Position numbers and translations under genes: made by a program
DNA from: Capsulimonadaceae bacterium
GTDB taxonomy: Bacteria; Armatimonadota; Armatimonadia; Armatimonadales; Capsulimonadaceae
Reading direction: 5' to 3'
NCBI GenBank assembly: GCA_965215505.1
Contig: OZ244065.1
Location: forward strand, 2,400,001-2,464,000
DNA length: 64,000 nucleotides
Shown: one piece after another, positions 47,126-56,853 of the stretch
Position numbering within the stretch: position 1 is the first letter of the stretch
How the letters are laid out: each line of letters starts with the position of its first letter
The notes under the pieces: model-generated
Told to the model about the DNA's origin: nothing
The model's input: only the letters and a program-made list of their open reading frames with translations
The model's database searches: none

Positions 47126-49485
47126 CAGCGTTCCCTCTTCACGGACACAAGCTGGTACGTCCCGGCCCGGTTCAGGCGGACGACTTTGCCCGCAAGGCTC
47201 ACCCGCGCATCCACGCCGGGCGGCAGGGTGATCCGGACGGCCAGGCCGGTGCCGGCTTTGTCCAGGCGGACATGGATCGGCCCGCGCGGGGTAGGCACGT
47301 CGCCCTCCGCCCAGCGCAGGTCGCCCAGGTCGGGCGCGATCTCGGCGGTCTTGAAGCCGCCCCCCGTCGGGCGGACGCCCAGGACGCACTCGGTGAGCCA
47401 GCTCGTCGGGCCGGACGACCAGCCGTGGCACAGGCTGACGAAGTAGCCGTGGTTGCCGTCGGCGTAGAGGTTCGCGTGGTAGCTTGTCTTGGGCCAGTGC
47501 GGGTCATAGGCTTCCCACAAGCTCGTCGCGCCCTCGGCCAGCATCGCGCCCCAGTAGTCGCGCAGGACGCGCATCGTCTCCCGGTTGTGCCCGGTCAGGC
47601 TCATCGCGTAGATGACGTAGTTGTTGTAGTACGGCGAGATGACGCCGTTGTTGTAGGCGGGGCTGCCGGTTTTGTCCCAAGCCGGGCTGTCCGGGGTCAG
47701 CACGGCATCGTAGATCGCCTTCTTCTGTTCAAGCGTGGCGACGCCCGAGTAGACCGCCATGGCGTTCTCCTGAAGGCGGTCGCCGTAGGTGTTCGCCGAC
47801 GCGCTGACGAGGTTCTGCCGGGCGGCGGATGTCAGCGTGTCGGCCCAGGCGGCGTACTTCGCGGCGTTCGTAGGGTCCCCCATCTCGCGCAGAAGGAAGA
47901 CGGCATCATGGGCGGCCTGGACGTAGAACATCTGGGTCGCCGCGCGGGCCGAGGGCGTGTCGCCGTCAAAACTCGGCGACCAGTCCACGAAGGGCCAGGC
48001 GTGGCGGTTGTTGGCGAACAGGTTTTTGTCGTCCAGTTCACCTTGCATGTAGCCGAGCAGGGAAACCAACAGGTCGTGCTGCTTGTGCAGGTAGGCGTAG
48101 TCGCCGAGGTGCCGGTGGAAGTCGGCCAGCGTGCAGACCCAGGCGCAGGAGTAGCCGGGGATGCCGTTGACGTGACCCCTGGGCGGTGCCGAAGCGGGCT
48201 GACCGCCTTGGGCGTCGTCCCGCAGCCGCTGCATGGTCTGTTCCATGAGGAACTTGTCGGCGAACACGGTATCAATGACGCGGCCCGAGACGTGCAGGTC
48301 GCCGATCCAGCGGGCGCGGTCGCGCTTGGGGGCGTCCCAGATGTCCTCCTGCATGCACAGATGGGCGGTATAGGCACCGGTATACCAGAGTTTCGTCAGG
48401 AGGGGATCGGAGCAGGCGAAAGAGCCTTTGTACTGGACCGGGTAATACTTGTGGTCCAGAGTCACGCCGGTCCAGGTGGTGGGAGCTGACCCAGCGAAGC
48501 TGAGTTTGGCATAGCGGAAGGCGCTGTAGGGGGAAGCGGCCTTGCCAGCCGAGTCACAGGTCAGCAGGTGCGGGCCGCCCCACGGGGATTTCAAGCACTC
48601 CTCACGCGACTCGCCCGTCGCGACCTGCACCTGCGCGCCTTCCGCGCCCGTCACCTGGATTCGCCCGGCGACTTCCCTGCCGAAGTCCAGCAGCAGGCCC
48701 GTCTGGTCCGCCGCGCCCGTGGGGGCGGGGTGCGCGGTCAGACGGACCGGCCCTCGCCCCGTCAGCGTCGCGACTCCCTTAATGGTGCCCGCCCCCAGCG
48801 TTTCCACGGCAGTGGGACGCAAGGCAAGATGGGCCAAGTAGGGCGCGCTGGCGTCATAGCCGGGCCAGCCCAGCAGGCCGCCCGCGTCTCTCCACGGGCC
48901 GCCGGTGAGCGCGGCGATGGCCGTGGCGGGGTGCCAGGAGGCGTCATCGAAGGCCGCCGCGTCCCATCCGTCCGGGGCCGCGCCGGTCCAGATCTGCCAG
49001 CGCGTGTCAGTCTCGACCGGGGCCTGACCGGGCATCTCCAGCCGGGCGACCAGGCCCGCCGCGCCGCCCGCATTCTGTGCGCGCACGGCGAGGACGTTCC
49101 GGCCCGCCGTCAGGAAGGGCGCGACGTTGACGCGGTGGACGTGCTGCCAGACGTTGTTGTCCTTCGGGTCGGGTGCCGAGTGGTCTACCTCTTTGCCGTT
49201 GACGGACAGCGTGAAGAAGTCGTCGGCGGTGATGTAGAGCGTCGCTTTGGTGGGCGCGGCGGCCAAGTCGAAGGCGCGCCGGAAGAGGACCGTCTGATTA
49301 TCTTTCGTCGCGCCCGCCCAGACCCAGCGAGCCGCATCGGCGGTCGCGGCGGGGGTTCCGGCGGGCATCGGCAAGCCATAGGTCGGGTCGAGGGTCGGGG
49401 GCCGCGCCTGTGCGGGGCTTGCCAGGGGCAGCGAGAGAAGGGCGAGTGAGAGAAGCGCGGGCAGGAGATATGGTGGGTGTGACAT
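47125..49485 (-). CDS. Secreted alpha-L-rhamnosidase (GH78)
   Basis: LDFGRE, DAPKRDRARWIGD, GATSLWE, SLCHGWSSGP and VPTPRG.I. Confidence 0.85.
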   Translation of the reverse strand: MSHPPYLLPALLSLALLSLPLASPAQARPPTLDPTYGLPMPAGTPAATADAARWVWAGATKDNQTVLFRRAFDLAAAPTKATLYITADDFFTLSVNGKEVDHSAPDPKDNNVWQHVHRVNVAPFLTAGRNVLAVRAQNAGGAAGLVARLEMPGQAPVETDTRWQIWTGAAPDGWDAAAFDDASWHPATAIAALTGGPWRDAGGLLGWPGYDASAPYLAHLALRPTAVETLGAGTIKGVATLTGRGPVRLTAHPAPTGAADQTGLLLDFGREVAGRIQVTGAEGAQVQVATGESREECLKSPWGGPHLLTCDSAGKAASPYSAFRYAKLSFAGSAPTTWTGVTLDHKYYPVQYKGSFACSDPLLTKLWYTGAYTAHLCMQEDIWDAPKRDRARWIGDLHVSGRVIDTVFADKFLMEQTMQRLRDDAQGGQPASAPPRGHVNGIPGYSCAWVCTLADFHRHLGDYAYLHKQHDLLVSLLGYMQGELDDKNLFANNRHAWPFVDWSPSFDGDTPSARAATQMFYVQAAHDAVFLLREMGDPTNAAKYAAWADTLTSAARQNLVSASANTYGDRLQENAMAVYSGVATLEQKKAIYDAVLTPDSPAWDKTGSPAYNNGVISPYYNNYVIYAMSLTGHNRETMRVLRDYWGAMLAEGATSLWEAYDPHWPKTSYHANLYADGNHGYFVSLCHGWSSGPTSWLTECVLGVRPTGGGFKTAEIAPDLGDLRWAEGDVPTPRGPIHVRLDKAGTGLAVRITLPPGVDARVSLAGKVVRLNRAGTYQLVSVKRER

Positions 49486-49489
49486 GATA

Positions 49490-50093
49490 AGTAGTTGTCC
49501 AGGAATAGGCTATAATTAGGGCAAGATGAGCCGACTAATCATTCTCACTCTGACGAACGAAGAGCGCATCGCCTTAGAAAAAGGCTCCCGTCACGGCACA
49601 AGCCATGCCTTCCCCGTGCCTTCCGCAGCCGCTGCCAAATGATCCTGCTCAAAGCCGACCGCCTGCCCTCCGCCCAGGTCGCTGAACGGATCGGCTGCTG
49701 CATGATCGCTGTCAACGGCTGGGTCAAACGCTTTCAAGCCGACGGCATTGAAGGACTGAAAGCCAGGCAAGGGCGAGGCCGCAGAGCCATTCTCGATGAC
49801 CAAGCCGATCTGGCGCAGGTGCGGGCTGCTGTGCAAAACCACCGCCAGAAGATCGGCCTTGCCAAAGCTGAACTCGAGACAAGCCTGGGCAAAGAGTTCA
49901 GCACGACCACGCTCAAGCGTTTTCTCAGCTCAAGCGTTTTCTCAGCTCAAGCGTTTTCTCAAAAACATCGCTGCCGCTACAAGCGATTGAGGGAGAGGCC
50001 CAAGGGCCAGCCCAGCCCTGATGTGTACGCGCTGCGGGTCGAGTGCCTGGCCGAACTCGAACGGCTGTCCGAGCGAGGCTGCCTCGACCTTCT
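49490..50093 (+). mobile_element. Truncated IS630-family element (transposase pseudogene from 49526)
   Basis: HTH-type N-terminus (L.LT.EER..LE...R.RCQMILL...W..RF...GIEGL...GRGR). AAAAAC shift site after LKRFLK, then 'RYKRLR.RPKGQPSP'; it stops before the DDE domain. Flanked by TA at 49488-89 and 50094-95. Confidence 0.75.
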
Positions 50094-50102
50094 TAGTTCC
50101 TT

Positions 50103-52793
50103 TTATTTCCGCCCGAGCAGCGGCTTCAGCAGGGGGGCGAGCCGCTGTGCGACCTTCCGGTGCCCGGCCTCGGTGGGGTGGACGCCGTCCAGGAAGTCGG
50201 CCTTGTCCAGCCAGCCCGTCGTGTCAATGAAGTGGACCCGGTCGTCCCCTGCCATGCTCGATGCCTCCGCGGCCCGGCGGATCGCGGCCTCGTAAGGCCC
50301 GCCGAAGGGGCGTAGGGCGACGATCTGGACGCGGGGGAACTTCGCCCGCAGCTTACGCACGAAGCCGACGTAGCTGGCCGTCATGACGGCCTCCGGCTCG
50401 GACCCACACCGGTCGTTCTGGCCCAGGTTGATGACGATGACCTGGGGAATATAGGAAAAGTCCCACGGGGTGGGCGGCGTCTCGCCCAGATGGTTGAAAT
50501 TCTTGAGCCGGAAGTACTGCGTGTCCAGGCCCGCCTTGTCCCCGGCGCAGCCGTAGCCCGAGGTTAGGGCGCGGGCGCTGAAGGCGATCTGGGTGTGGTC
50601 GCAGTCCAGCATCTCGGCGCTGTCCCAGGCATAATTCACGGTGGCCGGGAGGGTCTGGCCGCCCCCGGTCGTGATGGAGTCGCCGATGAACTCGATGACG
50701 GGCCGCGCGGGCGTCCGCAGCGTCCGGGCGTTGTGGTCAAGCACGAGGCCCTTGAATTCAATCTCGCCGTTCTGGCCCGGCGAGCCGAGGAGCAGGGTGT
50801 GGACGCCATCCTTCAAAGGCCGGGCGTCCAGCGCCTTGACCTCGTGCGGCGGCTCCCCGTCCACGCTGATCAGGACGGTCGGACCGCCCGCCGTCGCGCC
50901 GCCCTGAAAGCCGATGGATGTCCCGGTGAAGGTCGCGCGCAGGTAGGCCCCGCCCCAATTCGAGCGGGAAACATTTACATCGCCCCGGTCCCAGCGTCCG
51001 ACATACACGAGGTTGGTGTCGGTCGGCAAGCCATCCTGGAGGTGGGGGGCGACAGAGACTATATCGGAGTAGTCATAGTTGGCTTGAGACCGGACATCGG
51101 GCCGGATGCCTGCCGGATCGTTTCCGATGACGTTTGTTACGTTCGCACCGACGGCGACCAGTGGGAACGTGACGAACCGGGATGCATCGTTGACGATGTT
51201 GCCTCTCAGCGTAATGTTGCGGCTGTTCGCAAGCCGAACCGCAGAGGGTGACTTACCGGGTGGTGACGCATTGGACTCCGTGAAGACATTGCCTGTCAGG
51301 ATCAGCCCGTTCGTCCACTGCACGTCTACGTCGCCCTGGACATTGGCGACGAAATGGTTATGCTGGACGATGATGCTTTGATTCCCCACCGCACCGTCGC
51401 CGTGGACAAGAACCGCGCCGCCGCCATAGGCGGCAATCCCGTTCCCGCGAAAAGTGTTGCTCGCCACCAGGACGTGCCTGACGTAGTCCGCCTCGTTCCA
51501 ATAGTATTCGGGGCCGAGGGAGACGGCGGCCTGGCCGCAGCCCTCGATCACGTTGCCTTTGATCAGCCCATCGTCGGCTTTGATGAGGATGCCGCGCGAG
51601 CGCGTATTGCCCAGGCGGCAGCCGATTATCTTGAAACCCGCCCCGTTCTTACGCGGGTTGCTGACCTTCGCGCCGGGCGGCACGGCAAGGTCTCGGTCCA
51701 GGGTGCAGGTCCATGTCTTGTCGCCGTTGTCTTTGAGGGCCATGACCGTCGCCTCCCCGAAGAAACCCTTCTCGTCCGAGATGCGTGCGGGCTGGCCGGT
51801 CGCAAGCCCCCCACTGCCGCCCAGGGTCAGGGTGCTGCCGGAGACGCTCTTGATGGCCGTGAAGCCGCCGTGGATGGCGATGCAGTCGTCGAGGAAAACG
51901 CCCTTGAACACGCAGTCCTCGATGTCCGGGCCGGGGTAGGACCCAATCATGTGCATGCCGTCGGCGGCGTTCGTGACGACCGGGTCTTCGGTCGCGCCTT
52001 TGGGCCGTGGCCCCAAGGCCCAGACGCAGTGGAGATAATGGTTGCCGCCGCCGTTGTCCTCGCGGATCGGGGCGAAGCCGTTCCGCATCAGGGTCACGTC
52101 TTTGACCGTGCAGTCGCTGCTGTCCCCGACGTAGACCTTGAACGGGGCATCCCCATAGCGCCCGACCAGCCAGTCGCCGACGCCGAAGTTCAGGGCGGCC
52201 TGGTTGAAGTGGACCCGAAAGCTGCCGTCGCCCAATGCCTCGGCGGATGCACCGTAATAGTCCCCCACCCCGGTCTTCAGCAGGCGCGTCTTGCCGTCCA
52301 CGACGTTGACATCGCCGCCGAGAAAGCCTTTGGGTTCCTTGTCCGGCGGGACCGGGTAGCCGGCGCCGGGCCGCCAGTCGCAGGTGGCCTTGCCGGCCGC
52401 GTCTTCGCCGACGGCAAGGACGCGCCCCTGGTAGGCCGTGACCTCTGATTGAGACAAGACCGGCCCTTGCAGGGTGACGTTGGTGCAGTGGCTGATGTCG
52501 AAGACGTTATGGTTCCACTTCAGGTCCGTGATGATCAGGGTGACGCCGTAGGCACTGAGGACCGCGTCTTTCCAGCCGTCCAGCGTAAACGCCGTGTGGC
52601 CGACATCGGGCAGCCTATAGACGCCCGGCTTGATGACGATGCGCCGTGCGCCGCCTTTGTAGGCATCTTGGACAGCCTGTGCCAGCGCGCCGGGGTTTTT
52701 GGGGTCGCCTACGGTGACGGCGGCGGGGGCGGGCGCGTAGCCGGTGAGCAGAGCGGCGGCGAGGGCGAGCAGAAGCAGGAGAGGTGTTTTCAA
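50103..52793 (-). CDS. Secreted beta-helix (GH110-like) protein fused to a CE2-like SGNH esterase
   Basis: TTG start with AAGGA SD and a signal peptide. NAADGMH...DDCIAIHG...RSRGILIK beta-helix. C-terminal YVGRW...IEFIGDSITTG...INLGQND...DGVHP. Confidence 0.7.
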   Translation of the reverse strand: MKTPLLLLLALAAALLTGYAPAPAAVTVGDPKNPGALAQAVQDAYKGGARRIVIKPGVYRLPDVGHTAFTLDGWKDAVLSAYGVTLIITDLKWNHNVFDISHCTNVTLQGPVLSQSEVTAYQGRVLAVGEDAAGKATCDWRPGAGYPVPPDKEPKGFLGGDVNVVDGKTRLLKTGVGDYYGASAEALGDGSFRVHFNQAALNFGVGDWLVGRYGDAPFKVYVGDSSDCTVKDVTLMRNGFAPIREDNGGGNHYLHCVWALGPRPKGATEDPVVTNAADGMHMIGSYPGPDIEDCVFKGVFLDDCIAIHGGFTAIKSVSGSTLTLGGSGGLATGQPARISDEKGFFGEATVMALKDNGDKTWTCTLDRDLAVPPGAKVSNPRKNGAGFKIIGCRLGNTRSRGILIKADDGLIKGNVIEGCGQAAVSLGPEYYWNEADYVRHVLVASNTFRGNGIAAYGGGAVLVHGDGAVGNQSIIVQHNHFVANVQGDVDVQWTNGLILTGNVFTESNASPPGKSPSAVRLANSRNITLRGNIVNDASRFVTFPLVAVGANVTNVIGNDPAGIRPDVRSQANYDYSDIVSVAPHLQDGLPTDTNLVYVGRWDRGDVNVSRSNWGGAYLRATFTGTSIGFQGGATAGGPTVLISVDGEPPHEVKALDARPLKDGVHTLLLGSPGQNGEIEFKGLVLDHNARTLRTPARPVIEFIGDSITTGGGQTLPATVNYAWDSAEMLDCDHTQIAFSARALTSGYGCAGDKAGLDTQYFRLKNFNHLGETPPTPWDFSYIPQVIVINLGQNDRCGSEPEAVMTASYVGFVRKLRAKFPRVQIVALRPFGGPYEAAIRRAAEASSMAGDDRVHFIDTTGWLDKADFLDGVHPTEAGHRKVAQRLAPLLKPLLGRK

Positions 52794-52815
52794 CTGTAAT
52801 CCTTGAACTCGGGTT

Positions 52816-52946
52816 GCCCCGGCACTAAAGTGCCTGGCTACTGTTGAGTGAAAACCCCTCCGGGGTTGAGGACAGGCACATTGGGCTACGTCCTCAGTCG
52901 CGGAGCGACTTTCATTCCAGAGTAGCCCGGCACTGGAAGTGCCGGG
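52816..52946. repeat. Nested palindromic REP-like element (family B)
   Basis: Outer arms CCGGCACTAAAGTGCCTGGCTACT / AGTAGCCCGGCACTGGAAGTGCCGG. Inner hairpins AACCCC/GGGGTT, TGAGGAC/GTCCTCA and AGTCGC/GCGACT. Confidence 0.75.
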
Positions 52947-52955
52947 AAATCCCCG

Positions 52956-55880
52956 TCACGGCGACGTGTAGAACTCGATCTCGGCGACGTTGTTCCAGCC
53001 ATCCTCGGGCGACAGGTAACGGACATAGCGGAAGGCGCGGGCCGAGGCGATGTCGGTGATCTCCGACCACTGCCCGTCCACCGGCTCCATCAGGGGCGCG
53101 GTCAGGTCCTTGACGTCGGCATGGAAGTCGCGGGTGTCGCTCCCCTGAAACTTGCCGCCGGTCATGCGCCGGGTCCATGCGGCGCGCGGGAAGAAACGGA
53201 TTTTGGTGATCGCCTTCTGGGTGACAAGGTCCAGGCCCGCCCAGCAGTCGCTGCCCGCCGTGGCCTCGGCGGCATCCACGAAGGTGGACGTGCTGCCGTC
53301 GAACGCCCTGGCAATGTCGGTCACTCCGGCGCTGAAGGCGCCCGGCGTGCCGATGACCGCCCCCGTCAGCCTGATGAAGCCGGCCGGCACGGGCCGGGCC
53401 GAGGGCGTGGGCAGGACGCCTGGCGCGCGGCCCGCCACGTCCTCGGCAGGCTGGGAAGTGATCGTGGCCGTGACGGGGGCCAGACCGTCCGCCCGCGCCG
53501 TCACCCGGATCGCGCCCCGCTCCAGCCCGGCCTGAAGGAGTACGGAGGCGACGCCCGCCTCCACATGCACCGGGTCAATCCCGACAAGCCGCGCGGGGCC
53601 GGTGACGGAGAACCTCAGCGACGGCAGCGCGTTCTCGGGTACGACCGTTCCATTTTGGTCTACAAGGGAGGCGCGCACGAAGATCGCATCCGCGCCGTCG
53701 GCGACCAGCGGATGGCGGGCCGTGTCAAAGACGAGCCGCAGGGCCTTGGGCGCTTCCGGGGTGCGGACGGCATCCGTGGCGACAACCTTGCCGCCGAGGT
53801 AGCCGACGGCCTTCAGCGTCCCCGGCGTGTAAGGGACGGTGGGGAAGGTGAACGGCGGGTGGGACAGGTGCCTGGCGTTGCCGCCGTCGAACATGTAGCC
53901 GCCGCTGTCATCGTAGCGGGTGCCGTTGGTGTCGGCGAGGTCTACCTTCTTCTTGCCGTAAGGGGTGTCGGGGCCGGCATCGGGCCGCTGGCGCTTGAAC
54001 AGCTTGTCGTTGACGAAGAGGGCCACCTCGTCACAGTTGGAGAAGACGACGACGCGCGACGGCGAAGGGCGTTTAGTCCAGTCGTTGGCGACAAACACCA
54101 TCGGGCCGCTCTCGGCGTCCGGGCGCATCAGGGCCGGGTCGCGCTGGCTCTGGTAGAAGCGGTAGACGTACTTGGGCAGCCGGAAGATGTCCATCATCCC
54201 GGACTGCTCCTGCTTCGGGTTGTAGCCCCGGTTGTAGTCGAACATGCACCAGGTGGCGCTGCCGATGAAGGCACTTTGCGGGTTCTCGAATGCCGCGTCC
54301 ATGCCGTTGAGGCTCCACAGGAAGTTCCAGGTCTGCTGGAGCATCGCCGACTCGCCCGCCCCGCGCGTCTTCCTGGACGTACTCTCATTGCCGCCGAAGC
54401 TCCAGTCGCCGTACTCGCGGGCGAAGTTCTTGACGTCCCAGCCGTGCCAGCCGTTCGGATAGGGGTCGCCGAAGGTGAGGCACTGGTCGCCGGGGTACTC
54501 TTCGTGGGCGGTCTCATAGGCCGCCTCGCACCAGTCGGTCGGCGGGCGCGTCTCGTTCAGGTTCGGCTCCCAAAAGACGACGCTCGGGTGGTTCCGGTCC
54601 CGCCGGATCAGGTCCCGGATGTCCTGGAAAGTGCGGGTGACGAACGAAGGGTTATTACGGAAGATCTGCCAGCCGGGGATGGGTGCCTGGACCAGAATGC
54701 CAAGCTCGTCGCAGGCATCCAGAAAGGCCGGATCCTGCGGGTAGTGGCTCAGGCGGATGTGGTTAAAGCCGCCGTCTTTGATGCGCTGGGCGTCCCGTCG
54801 CCCGGCATTCGGCGACAGGGCGTATTCTAAGTACGGATATTCCTGGTGCCGGTTGGAGCCGTGAATGGGGAATGGCTTGCCGTTGATGTGCAGCCCGCCG
54901 CGCCCCAGGGCGAAGGTGCGGATGCCGAGATGCGTCCGCACCTCGTCGGTCGGCTGCCCCGCCCGGCTGACGGTGGTGACCAGTGTATACAGATTCGGGT
55001 GGTCCGGGTGCCACAGGCGCGGGCTGTCCACGACCAGGGTTTGAACGAACTCATGGTGCCCCCCGGCGGAGATCATCACCGGGTCGCTGGTGGCGGTCAG
55101 GACAAACCTGCCCGTTGCGTCCATCAGGGTGGAACGCACGGTGCATTTCGGGGCGATGGCTTCCGAGTCGTCGGCCACATCCGTTTTGACGTGCAGCGTC
55201 GCGCTCACGTCGGAGACGTCCGAGTAGGTGACGAACACGCCGCCCCCGGCGACGATGTCGGCGTCAACCGGGTCACTCACATGGACGGGATCGGTGACGA
55301 CGAGGCTGACGCCCCGGTACAGGCCGCCGGGGTAGTTGAAGTCCAGCCCGTCGGTGGGCTTGCCGGGCGGGACCTGGTCGGTGTCGCGGTTGTCCAGGCG
55401 GGCGGCGACCATGATTGGCTTGCCCGCCCCGGCCTCGCCCGTCAGGTCAACCGTGAAGGGCAAGTAGCCGCCCAGATGATGCGCCTTGTGGACTCCGTTC
55501 ACCCAGACGTCAGCGACCTGCATGGCCGCCCCGAAGCGCAGCGACACGCGCCTGCCGTTCCAGGCGGGGTCGGGCAGGATGGTTTTGCGATACCAGGAGA
55601 TGCCCTGCCAGGGGTGCGACTGGTCATACTTTTCGAGGCGCGGCGTGTGCGGCAGGGCGATCATCTCCCAGCGCGCGTCGTCCGCCGCGGGTGATTCCAG
55701 GGCGGGCGGCTCCGGGCCGTCCACGCGCAGGAACTTCCACCCGGCGTTCATCCCCTGTGCGGGGGCGGACGACGGGGCGGCGATCAGCGCCGTCAAGAGC
55801 AGGACAATCCAGAGAGCGGCAGCCGACAGGCGGCACCTCGACATGCGGCGTAGCCTGACGTGGCAATAGTAGGTCATCAT
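52956..55880 (-). CDS. Secreted GH2 glycoside hydrolase with C-terminal discoidin/CBM-like domain
   Basis: HLGGYLPF, GGLYR.V, G.NRHQEYP, RLSHYPQ, RDRNHPSV..W...LNE, EYG and DIFRLPK. Confidence 0.9.
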   Translation of the reverse strand: MMTYYCHVRLRRMSRCRLSAAALWIVLLLTALIAAPSSAPAQGMNAGWKFLRVDGPEPPALESPAADDARWEMIALPHTPRLEKYDQSHPWQGISWYRKTILPDPAWNGRRVSLRFGAAMQVADVWVNGVHKAHHLGGYLPFTVDLTGEAGAGKPIMVAARLDNRDTDQVPPGKPTDGLDFNYPGGLYRGVSLVVTDPVHVSDPVDADIVAGGGVFVTYSDVSDVSATLHVKTDVADDSEAIAPKCTVRSTLMDATGRFVLTATSDPVMISAGGHHEFVQTLVVDSPRLWHPDHPNLYTLVTTVSRAGQPTDEVRTHLGIRTFALGRGGLHINGKPFPIHGSNRHQEYPYLEYALSPNAGRRDAQRIKDGGFNHIRLSHYPQDPAFLDACDELGILVQAPIPGWQIFRNNPSFVTRTFQDIRDLIRRDRNHPSVVFWEPNLNETRPPTDWCEAAYETAHEEYPGDQCLTFGDPYPNGWHGWDVKNFAREYGDWSFGGNESTSRKTRGAGESAMLQQTWNFLWSLNGMDAAFENPQSAFIGSATWCMFDYNRGYNPKQEQSGMMDIFRLPKYVYRFYQSQRDPALMRPDAESGPMVFVANDWTKRPSPSRVVVFSNCDEVALFVNDKLFKRQRPDAGPDTPYGKKKVDLADTNGTRYDDSGGYMFDGGNARHLSHPPFTFPTVPYTPGTLKAVGYLGGKVVATDAVRTPEAPKALRLVFDTARHPLVADGADAIFVRASLVDQNGTVVPENALPSLRFSVTGPARLVGIDPVHVEAGVASVLLQAGLERGAIRVTARADGLAPVTATITSQPAEDVAGRAPGVLPTPSARPVPAGFIRLTGAVIGTPGAFSAGVTDIARAFDGSTSTFVDAAEATAGSDCWAGLDLVTQKAITKIRFFPRAAWTRRMTGGKFQGSDTRDFHADVKDLTAPLMEPVDGQWSEITDIASARAFRYVRYLSPEDGWNNVAEIEFYTSP

Positions 55881-55888
55881 CTCCGCCC

Positions 55889-55917
55889 ATGATAATACAA
55901 ACAGGCCCGGTTGTCAA
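55889..55917 (-). promoter_or_regulatory. sigma70 promoter for the GH2 operon (leaderless or very short leader)
   Basis: Minus strand TTGACA-17-TATCAT; the ATG is 8 nt downstream. Confidence 0.65.
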
Positions 55918-55935
55918 GCTGGGGGGCGCATTTGC

Positions 55936-55964
55936 TTGACAGGAACCGGCGTCCGTGATAGGAT
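55936..55964 (+). promoter_or_regulatory. sigma70 promoter for aqpZ
   Basis: TTGACA-17-TAGGAT with a TG extension. Confidence 0.65.
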
Positions 55965-56025
55965 GGGGAGGCTTACAGCCACACAGAACACGCGCAGGGA
56001 ACGCGCGGAATGAAGAGGAGACAGG

Positions 56026-56778
56026 ATGAAGAAGTATGCGGCCGAGTTCGTGGGGACGTTCGTCCTCGTCTTCGGCGGGTGCGGCAGCGCCGTCCTCGCC
56101 GGGGAGAAGATCGGGTTTCTGGGGGTGTCGCTGGCCTTCGGCCTGTCGCTGCTGGCGATGGCCTATACCATCGGGCCGATCTCCGGGTGTCACATCAACC
56201 CCGCCGTGACCTTGGGGCTGTTCCTGAGCAAGAAGCTGCCCGCCCGTGACGTGGGCGGCTATGTGGCGGGGCAAATACTGGGCGGGATCGTGGCGGCGGG
56301 CCTGCTGCTGCTGATCGTCAAGGGCGGCCCGAACGGCTACGACCCGGCCGTGGGCGGCTTCGCGGCCAACGGCTACGGGGACCATTCGCCCGGCAACTAT
56401 AGCCTCGCGGCGGCCTTCCTGACCGAGATGATCCTGACCTTCTTCCTGGTCTTCACCGTCCTGGGGACGACGGACATCAAGGCCCCCGTCGGCTTCGCGG
56501 GCATCCCCATCGGGCTGGTGCTTGTCCTGATCCATCTGGTCGGCATCCCCGTGACCAACACCTCGGTCAACCCGGCCCGGAGCATCAGCCAGGCCGTTTT
56601 CGTCGGCGGCTGGGCGCTGGCCCAATTATGGCTGTTCATCGTCGCCCCGTGCCTCGGCGCGGCCATCGCCTCGGTCGCCTACAGCGCCCTGCGGACGGCG
56701 GACCGGGACCCCGACCGGCCCGTCTCGGCGCGGAAAGCGCAGTCGGCCCTGCCGAGCGAGCAGGACGAGCGGGCGTGA
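56026..56778 (+). CDS. aqpZ: Aquaporin Z
   Basis: AEFVGTF.LVFGGCGSAV, ISGCHINPAVT, NGYGDHSPG.YS and TNTSVNPARS; GAGGAG SD. Confidence 0.93.
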   Translation: MKKYAAEFVGTFVLVFGGCGSAVLAGEKIGFLGVSLAFGLSLLAMAYTIGPISGCHINPAVTLGLFLSKKLPARDVGGYVAGQILGGIVAAGLLLLIVKGGPNGYDPAVGGFAANGYGDHSPGNYSLAAAFLTEMILTFFLVFTVLGTTDIKAPVGFAGIPIGLVLVLIHLVGIPVTNTSVNPARSISQAVFVGGWALAQLWLFIVAPCLGAAIASVAYSALRTADRDPDRPVSARKAQSALPSEQDERA

Positions 56779-56853
56779 GACGGGCAGGAGGAACAATGGC
56801 GGGTCGGCGCGAATGAGGTCCGGCGGGAGCATAAAGGGGCAAAGAGGGGAACC

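Noticed and set aside
49639-50295. 218-aa ORF as an intact transposase
   Set aside because: It lacks its N-terminus (frameshift) and the DDE domain; the last ~65 codons are antisense to the neighbouring gene.
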